Assembly (NCBI GenBank): GCA_963844665.1
Contig: CAWJPB010000005.1
Span: 717,703-781,702 of the forward strand
Length of the DNA stretch: 64,000 bases
Source of the DNA: an uncultured Conexibacteraceae bacterium
Lineage (GTDB): Bacteria > Actinomycetota > Thermoleophilia > Solirubrobacterales > Solirubrobacteraceae
Reading direction: 5' to 3'
Each line of letters starts with the position of its first letter. The first letter of the stretch is position 1. Positions 49,224 through 59,553 of the stretch are shown here, piece after piece. The position numbers and the translations under genes were made by a program. The notes below the pieces were generated by a model. The model was given only the letters and a program-made list of their open reading frames with translations. It searched no databases and had not been told where the DNA came from.

Positions 49224-49820
49224 TCACCTGCCGTCGGCGGCCCCGGGACCGCCCTCATAGCGACTCTCAGTCGCAGCGCGCTGGCCCTGGTAGTGGCTGC
49301 CGAGGCCGGGGCTGCCATAGGGCCGCTGTGCCGGTCTGTCGAGCGTCATGAACGACAGCTGGGCAATCGGCAGATCAGGATAGAGCCGGATCGGCACACG
49401 CGTCAGGTTGTTGAGCTCGAGCGTCAACGTGCCCTCGAACCCGGGGTCGCAGAAGCCGGCTGTCGCATGCACGATCAAGCCCAGCCGCCCGAGGCTCGAC
49501 TTGCCCTCGATCCGAGCCACGATGTCATCCGGGATGCTGACCCACTCGAGTGTTCGCCCCAGGCAGAACTCGCCGGGATGGATCACGAACGGCTCACCGG
49601 GCGGGACCACGACCTCCTCGGTCAGATTGGCCGGCGGGTCCCGCAGATCGATTGCCGTCGCCCGGTGGTTGTGGAAGACCCGGAACGAGTCTCCGAGCCG
49701 CAGGTCGACGCTGGCCGGCTGCACCATCTGAGGATCCCAGGGATCGATCCTGATACGGCCCTCATCAACGAGCTCAAGGATCGTCCCGTCGGAGAGAACG
49801 GATGCAGGCGCGTGACTCAT
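49224..49820 (-). CDS. dcd: dCTP deaminase
   Basis: QPASVDLRL, EGKSSLGRLG, DPGFEGTLTLE, YQGQ. Confidence 0.93.
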   Translation of the reverse strand: MSHAPASVLSDGTILELVDEGRIRIDPWDPQMVQPASVDLRLGDSFRVFHNHRATAIDLRDPPANLTEEVVVPPGEPFVIHPGEFCLGRTLEWVSIPDDIVARIEGKSSLGRLGLIVHATAGFCDPGFEGTLTLELNNLTRVPIRLYPDLPIAQLSFMTLDRPAQRPYGSPGLGSHYQGQRAATESRYEGGPGAADGR

Positions 49821-52255
49821 CGGCGCCGCAGTTTGTCACCCTCAGGGTCGTAAAGCGGCTCAGCCGCAACCTCACCCTGCACCCACTGTCCAAAAATGTC
49901 GATCTCGACGGTCGCGCCGATCGAGACCTCGGATGGCAGGTAGGCGTAGGCGATCGAGCGCTGCACGGCGTAGCCGTACCCGCCGCTGGTGACGCGGCCG
50001 ACGATCTCGTCGCCGACGCGTACCGGCTCGTTCCCGAGCGCGACCGAGCGCGGATCTGACAGGATGACGCACCGCAGGCGCCGCTCAACCGGCCGCTCGC
50101 GCAGCGCGTCCGAGCCGTTGAAGTCCTTATCGGCGGCGACGCAGAAATCGAGTCCGGCCTCGTACGGGCTGTCGTCAGCGGTGATGTCTGCGGCCCAGGC
50201 CCGATAGCCCTTCTCGAGACGCAGCGACTCGATCGCGCGATAGCCGCCGGCGACGATTCCGACCTCCCGCCCCGAATCCCACAGCTCCCGCCACAACCCC
50301 AGTCCGTACTCACTGGGGCAGTAGAGCTCCCAGCCGAACTCACCGACATAGGTCACGCGCAGCGCTCGCACCGGCACGTCGCCGACGGTCAGCTCGCACA
50401 TCCGCATGAAGCCGAAATCCAGCGGGTCAGGGGTGAGCGGCGCCAGCACCGCATGCGCCTGCGGCCCCCACAGCGCGAAGCAGGCCCAGCGTGAGGTCAC
50501 GTCGCTGAGCGCGACGGAGCCGTCATCCGGCAGCTGCCTGCGGATCCAGGCGGCGTCGTGCTGACCGAATGCGGTGCCGGTGACGATCTGGAACAGCTCC
50601 TCGCCGACACGCGTGACTGTTATGTCGGATTCGATGCCGCCGTGGCGGTTGAGCATCTGCGTGTAGCTGATCTGACCGACCTCGCGCGCGACGCGGTTGT
50701 CACAGAGTCGCTCGAGCAGCCCGGCTGCACCCGGGCCCGAGAGCTCGAGCTTGCTGAAGGACGATTCGTCGAACAGGCCCGCGCGCTCGCGTGTGCCCAA
50801 CGCCTCAGCGCCGATCGCCTTGGACCAGTGCATGCCCGCCCACCCACGGGGGCGCAGCTCGGCGTTGCCAGCCGGCGCGTTGGGCTCGTACCAGTTGACC
50901 CGTTCCCAGCCGGACTTCTCTCCAAAGACCGCACCGTGCTCGACGTGCCAGCTGTAAGCCGGCGGAATCCGCAGCGGCCTTCCCGCCAGCCGCTCGTGGC
51001 CGGGGTAGCGGATGTCGTAGTAGGTCTCGTAGACCTCAGTAGTGCGCTTTAGCGTGTAGCTCGGCGAGCGGTACTGCATGCCGAACCGACGGATGTCCAT
51101 CTCCCAGACGTCCAGGTCGGGCTCGCCCGCAACGATCCACTCGGCCATCAACTTGCCCATGCCGCCGGCGCCCGCCAGTCCGTGCGCGCAGAATCCGGCC
51201 GCCACGAAGAAACCGCGCACGTCGCTCTCGCCGAGGCAGAACTCGTTGTCAGGCGTGAACGCTTCCGGGCCGTTGATCAGGCGAGTGACCTGGACATCCT
51301 CCATCAGCGGTACGCGTCTGCGGGAGTTCTCGGCGATCTCTTCAAACCGTGGCCAGTCCTCCTCGAGCAGGCGGCCGTTGAAGTCGGCCGGAATGTGGTC
51401 GACCAGTTGGCCGTTGAGCGCCCACGGAGCGCTGTGGCGCTCATAACCGCCCATCACAAGTCCGGCTCCCTCCTCGCGGAAATAGATCAGCAGGTCGGGA
51501 TCACGCAACGTCGGCAGGTGCACGATCTCACCGTCCGCGTCGCGGTCTCGCTCACGGAACGGCTGCGTCACCAGGTACTCGTGCGCGAACGGCACGATCG
51601 GCACGCGCACACCCGCGAGCCGGCCGATCTCGGCCGCATACATGCCGCCGGCGTTCACCACCACCTCAGCCTCGATCCGCCCCCATTCGGTATCCACCGC
51701 ACGGACGCGACCATCAACCACCTCGATCCCCGTAACGCGAGTGTGCGTGAAGATCTGAACGTCGCCCGCGCGGGCACCGTCGGCCAGCGCGTACGTCAGC
51801 TGCGACGGGTCGAGGTAACCGTCAGTCGGCAGATAGGAGCCGCAACGGACAGCGTCCGTGATCATCAGCGGGAACAGCTCGCGCGCCTCCTCGGCCCCAA
51901 TCAGCTCGAGCGGCAGGCCGAACGTGCGCGCCCACGCAACCTGCCGTAGCACCTCCTGCTCACGCTCCGGAGTGCACGCCAGGCGGATCCCGCCGCACTC
52001 GACCCAGCCGCAGTCCAGCGTGCGGTAGAGCGCCACCGAGTCCATCATCATCCGCGTCAGCGAGACACTGCCGCGCAACTGTCCGACCAGGCCTGCGGAA
52101 TGGAAGGTCGAGCCGCTCGTCAGCTCGTTGCGGTCAAGCAGAATCACCTCCCGCTCGCCGAGCTGGGCGAGGTGGTAGGCGATCGAGGTACCGCCAACGC
52201 CTCCGCCGATGATCACGATCTTGGCCCGCTCGGGCAATTCACGCGGTCGCGGCAT
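49817..52255 (-). CDS. GcvT-family FAD-dependent oxidoreductase (dimethylglycine/sarcosine dehydrogenase-like)
   Basis: IIGGGVGG, GSTFHSAG, GPEAFTPD, C-terminal GcvT folate-binding domain (LRLEKGY). Confidence 0.9.
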   Translation of the reverse strand: MPRPRELPERAKIVIIGGGVGGTSIAYHLAQLGEREVILLDRNELTSGSTFHSAGLVGQLRGSVSLTRMMMDSVALYRTLDCGWVECGGIRLACTPEREQEVLRQVAWARTFGLPLELIGAEEARELFPLMITDAVRCGSYLPTDGYLDPSQLTYALADGARAGDVQIFTHTRVTGIEVVDGRVRAVDTEWGRIEAEVVVNAGGMYAAEIGRLAGVRVPIVPFAHEYLVTQPFRERDRDADGEIVHLPTLRDPDLLIYFREEGAGLVMGGYERHSAPWALNGQLVDHIPADFNGRLLEEDWPRFEEIAENSRRRVPLMEDVQVTRLINGPEAFTPDNEFCLGESDVRGFFVAAGFCAHGLAGAGGMGKLMAEWIVAGEPDLDVWEMDIRRFGMQYRSPSYTLKRTTEVYETYYDIRYPGHERLAGRPLRIPPAYSWHVEHGAVFGEKSGWERVNWYEPNAPAGNAELRPRGWAGMHWSKAIGAEALGTRERAGLFDESSFSKLELSGPGAAGLLERLCDNRVAREVGQISYTQMLNRHGGIESDITVTRVGEELFQIVTGTAFGQHDAAWIRRQLPDDGSVALSDVTSRWACFALWGPQAHAVLAPLTPDPLDFGFMRMCELTVGDVPVRALRVTYVGEFGWELYCPSEYGLGLWRELWDSGREVGIVAGGYRAIESLRLEKGYRAWAADITADDSPYEAGLDFCVAADKDFNGSDALRERPVERRLRCVILSDPRSVALGNEPVRVGDEIVGRVTSGGYGYAVQRSIAYAYLPSEVSIGATVEIDIFGQWVQGEVAAEPLYDPEGDKLRRR

Positions 52256-53312
52256 CAGTGATCGCCGCCGTCGACCGGGCCGCACCGAGAGTCGTCATCT
52301 GGGGGTGTCTGACGAGGATGCAGGAGGCGTCGCGCAGCAGCGCTGCGCGAGCCTCCGAAGACGCTGTCAGACGCCGCCGGGGGCGGCTCGAATGCGGGAG
52401 GGTCGGCGGTGGCGGTCACTAGGTATTCCTCCAGTCGCGGGTCGGCGGCGGCCCGTTCGAGCCGCTCAAAGTGTTCGTCGGCGTAGGCTGTGAAGTCGAA
52501 GTCCAGCTCGGAGATCAGTCCCAGAGACCACACCCCAGGCCGCCTCGCGAGCGTCTGAGACGAGCCGATAGAGCCGCAGCGCCGCAAGCCGCGAATCGCG
52601 CGTGGGCCCGCCGTCCAGGGTCTCGCCGAAGTAGGCCTCCAGCAGGCGCAGCTCCGCAGCCTCGTCAAACTCGTTGTTGACCGCAAGGTTGCCCAGGTCG
52701 AAGTAGCGGTGACCAATCCCGGCGTACTCCCAGTCGACCAGCAGGATCTCGTGCTCGGTCTGGATCAGGTTGCCGGCCAGCAGATCGTCGTGGCACGGCA
52801 CCGGATCGTCGAGCGGCAGCACTGCGGTGATCCGCTCGACCAGCGCCCGGGCGCGCCTCGTACCCGGCGGGCAGCCGCGCCGGCGCGCTCGCGCACGGTC
52901 TGCGCGTAGTCGCTCAGCAGGTCAGGAATCCAGAACCGCACCGGCAACTCGAGTCCGCTGTCGTGGAACGCCCGCAGGGCTCGCGCAACCGGGCCTGGGT
53001 CGGCGCGCAGATCGCCGGGCTCGACTCGGTCGCCGGGAACGAACGCGGTCACCGCGCAGTCGCGCGTCTGCATACAGCAGCTCGGGACCGATCCCGAGGC
53101 TCGCCGCCCGTTCGGTCGCGAGCCGCTCCGCAGCGCGGTCGATGCCGAGCAGCTCGTGTCGCGGCCGGGGAGCCGCAGGACGCAGTCGCGCCCGCCCAGA
53201 CGCAGGCGGTAATTGCGGTTCGTGATGCCACCACTGATCGGCGCCGGCGGCCGTCGACGCCGGGCCCAGCTCGCGCTCGAGCCGTCGCAATCAGCTCGCT
53301 CAGCTCGGACAA
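52255..53312 (-). pseudogene. Choline/ethanolamine kinase-family phosphotransferase, multiply frameshifted (or sequence errors)
   Basis: Fragments SGGITNRNY, VLRLPG, CHDDLLAGN, LVDWEYAG..RYFDLGN spread over several frames; TGATG overlap with the gcvT-like gene. Confidence 0.8.
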
Positions 53313-53415
53313 GCAGTCGAATCGGACCTTGCCCTATAAGGCTCGGCTCATATACCTTCATGGCTGTGCAATCACACAGCCGTGTGGAGCCGATCGTCAA
53401 GGGGAAGGTGGGTCC

Positions 53416-54748
53416 GTGGAGCTCGAAGCACTGAGGGCAGGGAGTCGACGCCGGCGAGATCGAGACCGTCGTGTTCGCACTGACCGACATGCAGGGACGC
53501 CTCCAGGGCAAGCGCCTGACCGCGCGCTACTTCCTCGACGAGGTGCTTGGCCACGGCGCCGAAGGCTGCAACTACCTCCTCGCCGTCGACGTCGAGATGA
53601 ACACCGTCGACGGCTATGCGATGTCGTCGTGGGAGCGCGGATACGGCGACTTCGTGATGCGCCCTGACCTGGCGACCCTGCGGATGGTGCCGTGGGAGGT
53701 GGCAACGGCGATGTGCCTGGCCGATCTCGCCTGGGCGGACGGCGGTCCGACGTCGTCGCCTCGCCGCGCCAGATCCTGCGAGCACAGCTCGCGCGACTGG
53801 CCGAGCGCGGCTGGACCGCCAACGCCTCGACCGAGCTCGAGTTCCTCGTGTTCCGCGACAGCTACGAGCAGGCCTGGAGCAAGGGCTACCGCGAACTCGA
53901 GCCCGGCAACGCCTACAACGTCGACTACTCGCTGCTGGGGACCTCCCGCGTCGAGCCGCTGATCCGCCGGATCCGCAACTCGATGACGGCCGCCGGGCTC
54001 GACGTCGAGAACTCCAAGGGCGAGTGCAACTTCGGGCAGCACGAGATCAACTTCCGCTATGCCGACGCACTGCGCTGCGCCGACAACCACACGGTCTACA
54101 AGAACGGCGCCAAGGAGATCGCCGCCCAGGAGGGCATGGCGATCAGCTTCATGGCGAAGTTCAACGAGCGCGAGGGCAACTCGTGCCACATCCACTTCTC
54201 GATCGCGGACGCGGAGGGCGCGCTGTTCCACCGCGACCGGAAGATGTTCGACGCGTTCCTGGCCGGCCAGCTCGCCCACGCGCAGGAGCTGACGCTGATG
54301 CTTGCGCCGAACATCAACTCCTACAAGCGCTACGCGTCGGCTCGTTCGCGCCGACCACGTCGCCTGGGGCCACGACAACCGCACCTGCGCCCTGCGGGTC
54401 GTCGGCCACGGCGGCGTCGCTGCGGTTCGAGAACCGTTCCGGCGGCGCCGATCTCAACCCGTACCTGGCGCTTGCGGCGTTGATCGCTGCCGGCCTGGAC
54501 GGGCGTCGAGCGCGGGCTCGAGCTCGAGCCCGCCTTCGAGGGCAACGCCTACGAGGCGACCGACAAGCCACGCGTGCCCTCGACACTGCGTGACGCGCGC
54601 GACCTGTTCGCCGCAAGCGAGCTGGCGCGCGGACGCGTTCGGGGAGGAGGTCGTGGCGCACTACCTGAATGCCGCTGACGTCGAGCTCGTGGCATTCGAG
54701 GCGGCCGTGACCGACTGGGAGCGGTTCCGCGGCTTCGAGCGGTTGTGA
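53416..54748 (+). pseudogene. Glutamine synthetase-like gamma-glutamyl ligase (GlnA4/PuuA type), at least five frameshifts
   Basis: DMQGRLQGKR, ELEFLVF, KGECNFGQHEIN, GNSCHIHFS, WGHDNRT, RFENR.GGADLNPY in alternating frames. Confidence 0.85.
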
Positions 54749-55496
54749 ACCGGTCCAACGACGCCGGCAGCACACTCGACGCGGCGGCGTCGCTTGACAC
54801 GGTCTTCGCTCCGGTGCGGTCGCAGACCGCGTTCGAGGAGGCCGTCGACCGGATCGGCACCGCGATCCGGCTCGGCCTGCTGCCGCCCGGCACCCGCCTG
54901 CCGGCCGAGCGCGAGCTATGCGCGAAGCTCGGGATCGCGCGCTCGACGCTGCGCCAGGCGCTGGTCGCGCTCGGCCAGAGCGGCCATCTGCGCGCGATCC
55001 GCGGGCGCGGCGGCGGAACGTTCGTCGTCGACGAGCTGCCGCCGGCACCGCCGCCGCCGGCCGATGCTGATCGACGCGCTGGCGGGCGATGTGGGATCAC
55101 CGCATCGCGCTGCGAGGTAGGCGTCGCCGTGCTCGCCTGCGCGCGAGCCCGGCCCGCGGCGCTGGACGCGCTGGGCGAGCTGGTGACCGCGATGGAGCAG
55201 TCCGCTGGAGGACTTCGCCACCTACCGCCAGCTCGACGTGCGCTTCCACCTCGGGACTGGCCGAGGCGACCGGCAACGCACGGATCATCACGGTCGCCAC
55301 CGAGGTGCAGGGCAACGCGACCCGGCTGATCGCGCTGATCGCGCACCCGGCCGAGGTGCTGAGCTCCTCCAACGTGCAGCACCGGCGGATCCTGGCCGCG
55401 GTCGCGAGCGGCGACGAGGGCGCGACCGCCCGCGAGATGGCCGAGCACCTGCGCGGTACCGAGCACATCCTCGCCGGGCTGCTGCCCGGCGGTTGA
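54745..55496 (+). pseudogene. FadR/GntR family regulator, frameshifted
   Basis: RLPAERELCAKLGIARSTLRQAL, RGRGGGTF, FCD-type C-terminus (MAEHL). Confidence 0.8.
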
Positions 55497-55707
55497 GCGC
55501 AGCCGCAGGGCCCGAGCGGGTCGCTGCAGCGGCGGTGCCTGGCCAGCGGGCCAGCACCGCCGGGCGGAGCTGTGCCGGATGTATGAAGTTGCGCCGCGGC
55601 ACTTGACTTGAGCGACCCCCGTACGTAAGGATCGCGGCCCTAAGGGCCGATTACCGATCCTTTATGTGGGACCGAGCCCGCCATGCGTCGAACACGAGGG
55701 GAGCAGC

Positions 55708-57320
55708 ATGACGACGCGAGACGCTGTCGCCGGACGAACAGCGGCTAGCAGAGCTGGGCTACAAGCAGGAGTTGAAGCGCGGTTGGAGTGGGTTCTCCAA
55801 CTTCGCGATCTCGTTCTCGATCATCTCAGTGCTCGCCGGCTGCTTCACGAGCTACGGCCAGGCGTTCCTCAACGGCGGACCGGTCGCGATCTCGATCGGC
55901 TGGCCGGTCATCAGCTGCCTGATCCTATGCGTCGCGTTCTCGATGGCCGAGCTTGCCTCCGCGATGCCGACCGCGGGCGGGATCTACTACTGGGCCTCGA
56001 AGCTCGGCGGTCCTGGCTGGGGCTGGTTCACCGGCTGGTTCAACCTGATCGGCCTGGTGGCGGTGCGTCGCCTCGGTCGACTACGCGGCAGCGAGCTTCC
56101 TGCATGCTCTGCTCAGCATGCTCGGCGTCAATTTCATCTTCAATTTCGGCGTCATCGCAACCTGCATTACGGCGCACATGTGGTGTTCGCTCTGTTCCTG
56201 ATCATCCTGATCGCCCACGGGCTGATCAACGTCTTCTCGAGCCATCTGGTGTCGCTTTTCAATGGCATTTCAGTCTGGTGGCATGTGATCGGCGTGGCCG
56301 TGATCGTGGTCGTCCTGGTAGTGGCCCCGAGCCATCACGCCAGCCTCTCCTACGTGTTCACGCACCCGCTCGTACGGCGGCTTCAGTTCACCACATGTAC
56401 TGGTTCTACGTGCTGCCACTCGGGTTCCTGCTGACGATGTACACGATCACCGGCTACGACGCCTCGGCTCACGTCTCGGAGGAGACCAACGACGCAGCCG
56501 AGTCGGCGCCGAAGGGCGTCTGGCGGTCGGTCTTCTACTCTGCGGTGATCGGCTGGATCCTGCTGCTGGCGCTGACGTTCGCGGTGCAGAAGTCACAGCT
56601 CAGCGACGATCAGCTCGGCGGGCTTCCCCGCCATCGCGATCCTGCACGACGGCGCTCAGCGCCGACCGCCGCCAAGTTGGTCCTCACGATCTCCGTCGTC
56701 GGCCAGCTGTTCTGCGGCATGGCCTGCGTGACCAGCGCGTCGCGGATGACGTTCGCGTTCTCCCGCGACGGCGCGATTCCCGGCCACAACCTGTGGCGGC
56801 GACTGGGCGCCAACGGAAGACCCCCACGTGGGCGGTTCTGTTCGTGTGCGTGATGGCGGCGCATCGTCACGATCCCCGCGTTCTTCCCCAACAGCGCCGG
56901 TTATCCCGGTCGCGTTCTTCGCGGTCACCTCGATCTCCGTGATCGGCCTCTACATCGCCTACACGATCCCGGTCTTCCTGCGCTGGCGGATGGGTTCCAG
57001 CTTCCAGCCAGGGCCGTGGACGCTCGGCAGGCAAGTACAAGTGGCTGAACGTGATCGCGGTCGTCTGGGTCGCCCTGTGCGTGATCATCTTCTGCCTGCC
57101 GACGTCTCACCGGCTGGCGTCTACTTCTACGAGCGGCTTCAGCTGGGGTTCGGTCAACTATGCTCCGCTGGTGACGCTCGGCGTTATGGCCGTGGTCACG
57201 ATCTGGTACCTCGTGTCGGCCCGGAAGACTTTCACCGGGCCGGTCCGCACGGTGGACGACAACGTCTTCCACGAGGTCGAGGGGCTCGGAACGATCGCGC
57301 CGGGACCCGCCTCGCCGTGA
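55708..57320 (+). pseudogene. APC amino acid/amine permease, multiply frameshifted
   Basis: LGYKQELKR, NFAISFSIIS, AMPTAGGIYYW, TGYDASAHVSEET, SRMTFAFSRDG, NYAP. Confidence 0.82.
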
Positions 57321-57352
57321 TCGCTTCGATTTCGTAGCAACCGAAAGGTCGT

Positions 57353-58728
57353 ATGACGGAAGTGCTGACGGTCCTCGAGCCCGCCACCGAGGCGGTGCTC
57401 GAGCAGGTCCCGAGTGCCGGGGTCGAAGCAGGTTGACGAGGCTGTTGCACGAGCCCGCGCCGCGCTGCCTGCTTGGCGCGGGCTGGCGCCCGGCTGCCAG
57501 AGCGGCCCAGCTGCGCGCGCTCGGCGGACAAGGTCGAGGAGCACCTCGACGAGCTGGCGTTGCTCGAGGCCCGAAACGCCGGCAAGCCGCTCGCTTCGGC
57601 CCGAGGGGAGATCGGGGCAGGTGGCCGAGATCTTCCGCTACTACTCCGGCGCGGCCGAGCGGCTCATGGGCGACACGATCCCGGTCGCGGGCGGCCTGGC
57701 GTTCACCGTCCGTGAGCCGCTCGGCGTCGTCGGGCCTGATCGTGCCGTGGAACTTTCCGCTGACTGATCGCCGCCTGGAAGCTCGGGCCGGCACTGGCGG
57801 CCGGCAACACGGTGGTCCTGAAGCCCGCCGAACTTACGCCGCTGACGGCGCTGCGCTTCGAACAGCTGGTGCTCGAGGCAGGCGATCGCCCCTGGCGTCG
57901 TCAACGTCGTCGCGGGCCATGGCCCGATTGCCGGAGCGCGGCTGGTCGAGCACCCGGATGTCGCCAAGATCGCGTTCACCGGCTCGACCGCGGTCGGCCG
58001 CTCGATCGCGGCCGGCGCCGCGCAGACGATCAAGCGGGTGACACTCGAACTCGGTGGCAAATCGGCCAACATCGTCTTTGCCGACGCTGACCTTGAGAAG
58101 GCCGCGGCGGCGGCACCCTGGGCGGTGTTCGACAATGCCGGCCAGGACTGCTGCGCGCGTTCGCGGCTGCTGGTCGAGGCCTCAGTTGCCGATCGCTTCC
58201 TGGAGCTGATGCAGCCGTACGTGGAGGGCTTCAAGAGTCGGCGATCCGCTCGATCCGACCTCTGACATGGGGCCGCTGATCTCCGCCAAGCAACGCGATC
58301 GGGTGGCATCGTTCGCCGCTGCAGACGGCGCATCCGTCGCGTATCGCGGAACCGCCCCGGACGGCCCCGGCTTCTGGTTCCCGCCGACGGTGCTGGCGCC
58401 GGCCGATCCACAGTCTCCGGCGGTGCGCGAGGAGATCTTCGGCCCGGTCGTGGCGGTGATCCCTTTCCGCGACGAGGAGGAGGCCGTGCGGATCGCCAAC
58501 GATACGATCTACGGCCTCTCAGGTTCGATCTGGACGCGCGACGGCGGCCGCGCCCTGCGGGTCGCGCGCGCGCTCGAGAGCGGAGTGCTATCGATCAACT
58601 CCAATTCGTCGGTGCGCGTATCAACCCCCTTCGGAGGCTTCAAGCAATCCGGCTACGGCCGCGAGCTTGGGCCCCACGCGACCGACGCCTACACCGAAAC
58701 CAAAACCATCTATTACGCAACCACATGA
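57353..58728 (+). pseudogene. Aldehyde dehydrogenase, multiply frameshifted
   Basis: [38 protein letters not shown]. Confidence 0.85.
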
Positions 58729-59468
58729 CACGCCTACAAGACAAAGTCGCAGTTATCACCGGCGCCGCCGGCGGCATCGGCCTGGCCACCGCCGAGGTGT
58801 TCGCCGCTGAAGGTGCACACGTAGTCGGCGTCGACCTGGTCGAGCATCAGGTCGGCGAACTCTCGCTCCAAGCAGACCTCACCGAAGAGAACGCCGTGAT
58901 CGAGATGTACAGAGCCACACGCGAGAAGTTCGGCAAGATCGACGTGCTGTTCAACAATGCCGGGATCTCGCCGACCGACGATGACTCGGTGCTCGTCACC
59001 GGGCTCGACGCCTGGCAGCGGGTGCAGGATGCCAACCTCAAGAGCGTGTTCCTGTGCTGCAAGTACGGGATCCCGCACCTGCTCGAGACCGGCGGCGGCT
59101 CGGTCATCAACACCGCCTCATTCGTGGCCGTGATGGGCGCCGCCACATCGCAGATCTCCTACACCGCGTCAAAGGGCGGGGTGCTGGCGATGTCACGTGA
59201 ACTCGGCGTCGAGTTCGCCAAGAGCGGGGTGCGAGTGAACGCGATCTGCCCCGGGCCGGTCAGCACGCCGCTGCTGATCGAGTTGTTCGCCAAGGACCCC
59301 GAGCGTGCGGCCCGCCGGCTGGTGCACGTGCCGATGGGCCGCTTCGGCCAGGCCGATGAGATTGCCAAGGCGGTGCTGTTCCTCGCCAGTGACGATTCAT
59401 CGTTCATGACCGCGTCCTCACTGCTGGTGGACGGCGGCATCAACGGCGCCTATACGACTCCGCTCTGA
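58725..59468 (+). CDS. Short-chain dehydrogenase/reductase
   Basis: [17 protein letters not shown]; intact. Confidence 0.92.
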   Translation: MTRLQDKVAVITGAAGGIGLATAEVFAAEGAHVVGVDLVEHQVGELSLQADLTEENAVIEMYRATREKFGKIDVLFNNAGISPTDDDSVLVTGLDAWQRVQDANLKSVFLCCKYGIPHLLETGGGSVINTASFVAVMGAATSQISYTASKGGVLAMSRELGVEFAKSGVRVNAICPGPVSTPLLIELFAKDPERAARRLVHVPMGRFGQADEIAKAVLFLASDDSSFMTASSLLVDGGINGAYTTPL

Positions 59469-59490
59469 CACTCCCGGGCAGCCTCATGCT

Positions 59491-59536
59491 GACGGTCCGG
59501 CGCAGCCTCGCGAAGCGCAGGTTGAGCCGGACCGTC
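59491..59536 (+). terminator. Hairpin after the SDR gene
   Basis: GACGGTCCGGC/GCCGGACCGTC outer stem plus inner CAGCCT/AGGTTG stem. Confidence 0.55.
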
Positions 59537-59553
59537 TAAAACATGGGCCAGAA

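Noticed and set aside
53416-54748. Programmed ribosomal frameshifting in the GS-like gene
   Set aside because: Too many shifts in both directions, also present in neighbouring genes, and no slippery-site pattern
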